Positions 57,063 to 64,000 of a stretch of DNA of 64,000 nucleotides are shown here, piece after piece. The notes beneath the pieces were generated by a model. The model worked only from the letters and a program-made list of their open reading frames with translations, was not told the DNA's origin and made no database searches. Made by a program: the position numbers and the translations under genes. Position 1 is the stretch's first letter, and each line of letters starts with the position of its first letter. The DNA is from Saccharolobus islandicus REY15A (lineage in GTDB: Archaea; Thermoproteota; Thermoprotei_A; Sulfolobales; Sulfolobaceae), in assembly GCF_000189555.1 (NCBI RefSeq), contig NC_017276.1; one strand, given 5' to 3'.

Positions 57063-58157
57063 TTAGATTTTCTTCCCCTTAGTTTCTGCAATCAGCAATA
57101 CACTTATAAACGTCGCCAGAACGTATGATAATGTGACTAGCACTAGTGAAGATTGATTAGCTCTTAGTATTACCGGTGCTAGTGAACCACCTAGTATACT
57201 TGCTGCTTGATAGGAAAAATTTGAGGCCGTGAATCTGTATTTTTTATCAAATATTTCAGTAAATATTGAGGATTGTGGGGCATATAAAGCTGAATCCGAA
57301 ATTGACATCAGTATTTCCCCTGGAAGGAAATTTCTTCTTGATAGCACAATACCGGCTAGGATCATTAGTATTAACCCAATAATTACGACCTTCCCCCTTC
57401 CAAATAGGTCACTTAGGTAGCCAAAGAATGGGATTAGGAAGAGCTGAAAGGAAATAGAGATTAGTACTATTAACGAGAGGAAGGAAATTGAGGATGAGTT
57501 TGTGAAAATATATGAGGTAAAAATATAGAAGTTTGCACTTTCACTCACTTTAATCCCTATTGATTTTAAAATATTCTTCCAATCATGTCTCATTGCTTCT
57601 AATAGTGGTTGTGTTTCACTCCTAGTCACCTTTTGCGTAGTTATATGCTTGACTAACAATAATGAGAGAAGCGATAGGAAGGTTATTGAGAGAAATGAGT
57701 AAGGCCAGTAAACATAGTAATTATAGATTACTAGGATAGTGAGTGAAGATAATATAATGCCAATTGGGACTGATAATTGCAATAGACTTGTAATAAACCC
57801 TCTAAATTTATGTTCAGAATACGCTTCTATGACGATAGTACTAGCTCCACCCCATTCCCCGCCTAAACTAAGACCTTGCAAAAGTCTTGAAATAATTAAA
57901 GGATAGATATTAGGTATCAACACTATTAGGGATGAAACTGCTAACGTAATGTCAGCTAAGATTAAGGCAACTCTCCTATTCACCCTATCCCCTATATAAC
58001 CAAATATTATGCTTCCTAACATTCTTGCTATAAAACCCAGAACGAAAATTATTGAGCCAATTATAACGTTAAATTCTATGAAAGAGAGCTGGGAAAATAA
58101 AAAGAAGGCGTACCATTGGGAAATTGTTAAGAGTACACTTCCTACTAAAGTCCTCAT
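57063..58157 (-). CDS. MFS transporter (MHS family-like)
   Basis: FGYIGDRVNRR and QGLSLGGEWGG motifs. Confidence 0.88.
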   Translation of the reverse strand: MRTLVGSVLLTISQWYAFFLFSQLSFIEFNVIIGSIIFVLGFIARMLGSIIFGYIGDRVNRRVALILADITLAVSSLIVLIPNIYPLIISRLLQGLSLGGEWGGASTIVIEAYSEHKFRGFITSLLQLSVPIGIILSSLTILVIYNYYVYWPYSFLSITFLSLLSLLLVKHITTQKVTRSETQPLLEAMRHDWKNILKSIGIKVSESANFYIFTSYIFTNSSSISFLSLIVLISISFQLFLIPFFGYLSDLFGRGKVVIIGLILMILAGIVLSRRNFLPGEILMSISDSALYAPQSSIFTEIFDKKYRFTASNFSYQAASILGGSLAPVILRANQSSLVLVTLSYVLATFISVLLIAETKGKKI

Positions 58158-58160
58158 TTT

Positions 58161-59489
<1,329 letters not shown>

Positions 59490-59539
59490 TTAACTATTAA
59501 CGAAAAATTTAAAAGGACTCAATCAGAAAAAGGATTGTA

Positions 59540-60367
59540 ATGTATGTCATTGAGGTAAATAACGTATGGAAGGCTTATGGTAAGATTATTGCCAATGAGG
59601 ACATTACGATGAGAGTTAAAGAGGGAGAAATAGTAGCGTTATTGGGACCCAATGGCGCTGGTAAGACGACCCTCGTTAAGCAAATTTACGGTGAGTTAAC
59701 CCCAACTAAGGGTGAAATAAGGGTTCTAGGTAAGAAACCAACGGATAGACACGTTAAGAAATTCTTAGGAGTAATCCCGCAAGAATGTGAGCCCTATGGT
59801 GATCTAACAGTATGGGATAATATATATTACATGGGGAGATTAAAGGGAGCTTCTAAGGATGAAATTAAGAAGAGAGGAGAGGAATTATTGGAAAGATTGG
59901 ATTTGAGAAGTAAAAGGAACACTCTGGCTAGGGATCTATCTGGAGGTTTAAAGAGGAGAACTCTAATCGCAATGGCTTTGATAAATAATCCTAAACTCCT
60001 AATACTTGATGAACCCACGACTGGTTTAGACCCTGAAGCTAGAAGGGAGGTGTGGGAAATATTGCTTAACATGAGAAAGGAGGGTCAGAGCATGTTACTT
60101 ACTACTCACTATTTGGATGAGGCAGAGAGACTAGCCGATAAGATATATTTTCTAAGCAGGAAGATTATAGTTGAGGGAACACCTACACAAATAAAGGAGA
60201 AATTTGCTGATTGGTACGAGGTAATTGATTATACTAACGGTAAGGTCTATAAGGTGAAGGGTGAGGAGGAGCTCAAGAAAATCATAATGACAATTAACGG
60301 CAAATTTGAAGTTAGAATGCCTAGTTTAGAGGAAATATATCTTCAAGTGATGAAAGATGTTGAGTGA
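59540..60367 (+). CDS. ABC-2 exporter ATP-binding protein
   Basis: GPNGAGKT, LSGG, LDEPTTGLD and THY motifs. Confidence 0.95.
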   Translation: MYVIEVNNVWKAYGKIIANEDITMRVKEGEIVALLGPNGAGKTTLVKQIYGELTPTKGEIRVLGKKPTDRHVKKFLGVIPQECEPYGDLTVWDNIYYMGRLKGASKDEIKKRGEELLERLDLRSKRNTLARDLSGGLKRRTLIAMALINNPKLLILDEPTTGLDPEARREVWEILLNMRKEGQSMLLTTHYLDEAERLADKIYFLSRKIIVEGTPTQIKEKFADWYEVIDYTNGKVYKVKGEEELKKIIMTINGKFEVRMPSLEEIYLQVMKDVE

Positions 60368-61070
60368 ATTTCTTAACTTAATTGTAATGCAACTAAAGAT
60401 GATAAGGGCGTACTTACCGGTGTTTCTCTTCTTCTCAATACTTTTCCCAATAGGATTTATGCTAGTATTTGGATATATCTCAATTAGATCATTGACGCCA
60501 TTCATAGTAGCTGGAACAATAACGTTTTACGTTTCAATTGGTGTTTTAACTTCTGTTGCTCAATCTCTTGCATTTGAGAGAAATGCTGGCAGATTCTCCT
60601 TGATGATAGCAACTGGTATACCGAGAGAGTTCTATGCAATAAGTATAGCTCTTAGTAATGGTATTGCCACACTAATTATGATACCAATAATCCTAGTCCT
60701 AGGTAGTTATTTACTTCATGTAGAAATAAAATCCATTCCATTTCTACTTATCGCACTGGTATCGTCTTTATTCATGGCTTCAATGTTAGGTATGGCATTA
60801 GGCTTAGGAATTAGGAACATATACGCCGTAAATCAATACTCAACAATTATAAGCTTCGTACTTTCCTTCTTCGCCCCAGTTTACTTCCCAGTAGCCTTTA
60901 TACCATTACCATTTCGCTATTTGACTTATATTGAACCTACTACTTACGTCTCTCAAGCCCTTTACTACGCTTTCATTGGTAATCCTTTATCCTTACTATG
61001 GAGTTTAGGGATAATAATTTTCGGTTTCATTTTCGTCATTTTAAGTAGATATGTTATAAGAAGGCAATAG
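60357..61070 (+). CDS. ABC-2 exporter permease
   Basis: Six TM segments, FAPVYFP motif, overlaps the ATPase gene. Confidence 0.9.
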   Translation: MLSEFLNLIVMQLKMIRAYLPVFLFFSILFPIGFMLVFGYISIRSLTPFIVAGTITFYVSIGVLTSVAQSLAFERNAGRFSLMIATGIPREFYAISIALSNGIATLIMIPIILVLGSYLLHVEIKSIPFLLIALVSSLFMASMLGMALGLGIRNIYAVNQYSTIISFVLSFFAPVYFPVAFIPLPFRYLTYIEPTTYVSQALYYAFIGNPLSLLWSLGIIIFGFIFVILSRYVIRRQ

Positions 61071-61217
61071 TTTCTGAATTCCTCCTTGAATTCAGAGCTT
61101 AATGTCCTATAGTGCTTTCAAGCGCTCAAAGGTGACTTACGTAATGGTTTAAAAATATACATACCTTCTTTCTAGTCCTTTAGTAAGTTTTTTAACTAAT
61201 TGTGAACATATCCTCTC

Positions 61218-62333
61218 ATGAAAAGGAACAAGTACATAATTATTGGCTTCGTAATAATGTGCTTTAATTCACTTTACCAATATTCTTGGAACGCTTTAGA
61301 GCCTCTCTTAAGAGAGGGATTTAATGTTAGTGTAGTTGAGATAGCCTTAGGCTTTACGTTGTTCAGCGTATTCTCCTCTGTTTTTCAACCAATTGGGGGT
61401 CACTTTGCTGATAAACAAGGTCCAAAAAGGATAGGGGTTATCTCAGCAATTTTATCAGCAATTGGTTTTCTGGGTACTTATCTTTCCCCTAATATTTACG
61501 TCTTTTTTGTAAGCTGGTCAATAGGTAGTATAGGAGAGGGAATACTTTACGGAATAGCTGCAAACCTAGCAATGAAGTGGTTTAGGGAAAGAATGGGATT
61601 TGCAACTGGGATTGTGTCAATGGGATTTGGAATAGGTTCGGCCATAGCTAATCCCTTTATATCCATGGCTGGTAATTACAGAATAGTAACACTCGCAATA
61701 GGATTAGTTGAGATAGTACTATTACCAATTCTCTTGTACATCTCAGATTATCCTCCTAAACTATCTGGTCAGACTCCAAGGCAAGCCGTTTTAAGTGTCA
61801 AATTCTGGCTAATCTACCTTTCTTTCGCAACTTCCATAGTTCCGCTAACAGTACTTTCTTCAGAATTATCAATACTAGGAAAAGGTTTACCTCAACAAGA
61901 ATTAGTAACTTTGATCTCAATCTTACCCTTATTAAGTGGAGGATTAAGGCCAATTTTCGGCTACATTGCTGATAGATTAGGTATATTGAGAACAACGTTC
62001 CTTCTTACCATTGTATTAACGTTAGGTAGTATTTCTTTACTTTTAGGGGAAATAGCACTTTCAACGATTTTAGTAGGCTTTGCAGGAGGCTCACTAATTA
62101 CACTCTATTTTAACGTTTCCACGGAGATATTCGGCTTTAAGTTTTCCACAGTGAATAGTGGTATATTATATACTGGTAAGGCTTTAGGCGGTGTGTTAGG
62201 TAGTATTATATTTGCATTGCTTTACACGATAAGTCTTAGAACCTCTGAAATATATACTTTGTCTTGTAGCCTAATAGGAGTTCTTACCTTATTGCCACTT
62301 TTATTTACTAAGCAGAGCAGAAAGGTTCAATGA
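61218..62333 (+). CDS. MFS transporter, oxalate/formate antiporter (OFA) family
   Basis: QYSWN, KWF..R.G.ATGIV.MGFG and RPIFGYIADRLG motifs. Confidence 0.88.
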   Translation: MKRNKYIIIGFVIMCFNSLYQYSWNALEPLLREGFNVSVVEIALGFTLFSVFSSVFQPIGGHFADKQGPKRIGVISAILSAIGFLGTYLSPNIYVFFVSWSIGSIGEGILYGIAANLAMKWFRERMGFATGIVSMGFGIGSAIANPFISMAGNYRIVTLAIGLVEIVLLPILLYISDYPPKLSGQTPRQAVLSVKFWLIYLSFATSIVPLTVLSSELSILGKGLPQQELVTLISILPLLSGGLRPIFGYIADRLGILRTTFLLTIVLTLGSISLLLGEIALSTILVGFAGGSLITLYFNVSTEIFGFKFSTVNSGILYTGKALGGVLGSIIFALLYTISLRTSEIYTLSCSLIGVLTLLPLLFTKQSRKVQ

Positions 62334-62503
62334 TTTTTTATCTTATAACCAACTAATTGTCAAGTATTACGTTAATTGATAATACCAAATTGAGATAGAA
62401 CAATAGATATGGCTCTATTTAGGAAGAATTAGAGGATACTAGTATACTGATCAGTACACTTATTGGTAGAAAAGTTTATAAATTAGTAACAGTATAAACA
62501 AAT

Positions 62504-64000
62504 ATGTATAGATATATATTTTTAATGTCGATGCTATTAATTTCCATTATACCATTAATTTTTGCATCAAATCCCAATATATACCAAAATCCAGTAACTT
62601 TGAAAGGATTTAGAGAAATAGGAACATTAAATGCCAATGAAGAGGTAATAGTTACAATCTTCGTACCACTTAAAAATCTAGATCTATTATACTATTACGC
62701 CAGTGGAGCTTCAAATCCAGCTTCACCATTATATCATAAATTCTTAAGTCCTCAAGAGGTTCAGCAGTTATTCTTACCTACTGAAGAGTATAACCAAATT
62801 CTAAACTACGTCAAAAGTAGCGGATTTCAAGTGATATTTACTGCATCGAACTCAGTAATAGTAATAAAAGGTACAGTGGGGCAAGTTGAGAAGTATTTAG
62901 GTACTAAGTATGCGGTTTACTCTAATGGTTCCGTAACCTATTACACTAATTACGGATATCCCAAGATAAACGCCTATGTATACTCCAGTAACATTTCTGC
63001 AATATTCTTCGCCCATCCATCTACATTAATTACAGAGAGTACAATAAAGAGTTTTCAGCAAGAGATAAATCAAACATTTCCACTTGAAGGCTATTGGCCA
63101 ACTGTGTTACAAAAAGTGTACAATGTTACTACAGAGGGAGAGAATACTACAATAGGAATACTAGACTTTTATGGCGATCCTTACATTGTACAGCAATTAG
63201 CGTATTTTGATAAAATAACTGGATTACCAAATTCTCCCAACTTTAGTGTAGTACCAATTGGACCCTATAATCCTAACTTAGGTATTGTAACTGGTTGGGC
63301 TGGAGAGATTAGCCTGGATGTTGAAGTAGCACACGCAATAGCCCCAAAGGCTAACATAACGCTATATATCGCTAATCCAAATATTCCTTTACCCGCTATT
63401 ATCGCATATATTACAAGTCAAAATAAAGTTGATACGTTATCCCAAAGCTTTAGCATACCAGAAAGTCTCTTTTCCTCACTTTTCAACGGGCCATCATTCT
63501 ATTCATGTATAATATTAAGTGATGAGTACTATGCACTAGGTTCAGCTGAGGGAATAACTTTCCTAGCAAGTTCTGGAGATGCTGGAGGCTCTGGGTATAG
63601 TAATGGACCAATAGGCACTGTAGGGTATCCCTCAACGTCACCTTTCGTAACTTCAGTGGGAGGTACGACTGTATATGTGCAATTCCCTAACGGTTCGTAT
63701 TATCAGACTGCTTGGTCCAACTATGGTTTCGTTCCAAATAATGTAAATTATGGTGGTTCAACTGGTGGTGTAAGTATAATTGAGCCTAAACCGTGGTATC
63801 AATGGGGACTACCTACACCATCTACTTATCCAAACGGTAAGTTAATACCAGAGATCTCCGCTAACGCCAATGTATATCCTGGAATATACATCGTTTTACC
63901 AAGTAACACAACCGGGATAACAGGTGGCACAAGTGAGGCTTCTCCTTTAACTGCTGGAGTGCTAGCCACAATTGAAAGCTATACTCATCATAGAATAGGT
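62504..64000 (+). CDS. Secreted S53 (sedolisin-like) protease, runs off the window end (not in ORF track)
   Basis: Signal peptide [21 protein letters not shown], pro-domain, EISLDVE, ASSGDAG, TSVGGT and GGTSEASPL motifs. Confidence 0.9.
   Translation, partial: MYRYIFLMSMLLISIIPLIFASNPNIYQNPVTLKGFREIGTLNANEEVIVTIFVPLKNLDLLYYYASGASNPASPLYHKFLSPQEVQQLFLPTEEYNQILNYVKSSGFQVIFTASNSVIVIKGTVGQVEKYLGTKYAVYSNGSVTYYTNYGYPKINAYVYSSNISAIFFAHPSTLITESTIKSFQQEINQTFPLEGYWPTVLQKVYNVTTEGENTTIGILDFYGDPYIVQQLAYFDKITGLPNSPNFSVVPIGPYNPNLGIVTGWAGEISLDVEVAHAIAPKANITLYIANPNIPLPAIIAYITSQNKVDTLSQSFSIPESLFSSLFNGPSFYSCIILSDEYYALGSAEGITFLASSGDAGGSGYSNGPIGTVGYPSTSPFVTSVGGTTVYVQFPNGSYYQTAWSNYGFVPNNVNYGGSTGGVSIIEPKPWYQWGLPTPSTYPNGKLIPEISANANVYPGIYIVLPSNTTGITGGTSEASPLTAGVLATIESYTHHRIG

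Overview
AT-rich archaeal DNA from the Sulfolobales, most consistent with Saccharolobus (Sulfolobus) islandicus. The evidence is an Hje resolvase, TrpB2, ISC-type insertion sequences and two copies of the 321-bp SMN1-type element. The window is a mobile-element-rich variable region followed by more conserved metabolic genes. Mobile DNA: an ISH3-family IS plus a fragment, two IS630 elements, a 79-bp MITE, two IS110 remnants, an IS1341/ISC1316-type tnpB element, two ISC1225-type IS and two SMN1 copies. Toxin-antitoxin-type genes: four intact HEPN-MNT pairs, one broken pair and two PaREP1 pseudogenes. Metabolic and other genes: two radical SAM enzymes, an aldehyde dehydrogenase, several MFS/ABC/APC transporters, a membrane-anchored penicillin-acylase-family protein, a deleted amylase/sugar-ABC locus with an intact GH15, acyl-CoA dehydrogenases with MaoC, TldD/TldE, an arginine-deiminase-family enzyme, TrpB2 and a partial S53 protease. 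Three features are absent from the supplied ORF track: a box C/D sRNA overlapping the tldE stop codon, a 46-codon signal-peptide-like ORF in front of a putative regulator and tldDE, and an omega-RNA-like scaffold inside SMN1. I saw no CRISPR array, tRNA or rRNA. All alignments and structures were read by eye; no searches were run.
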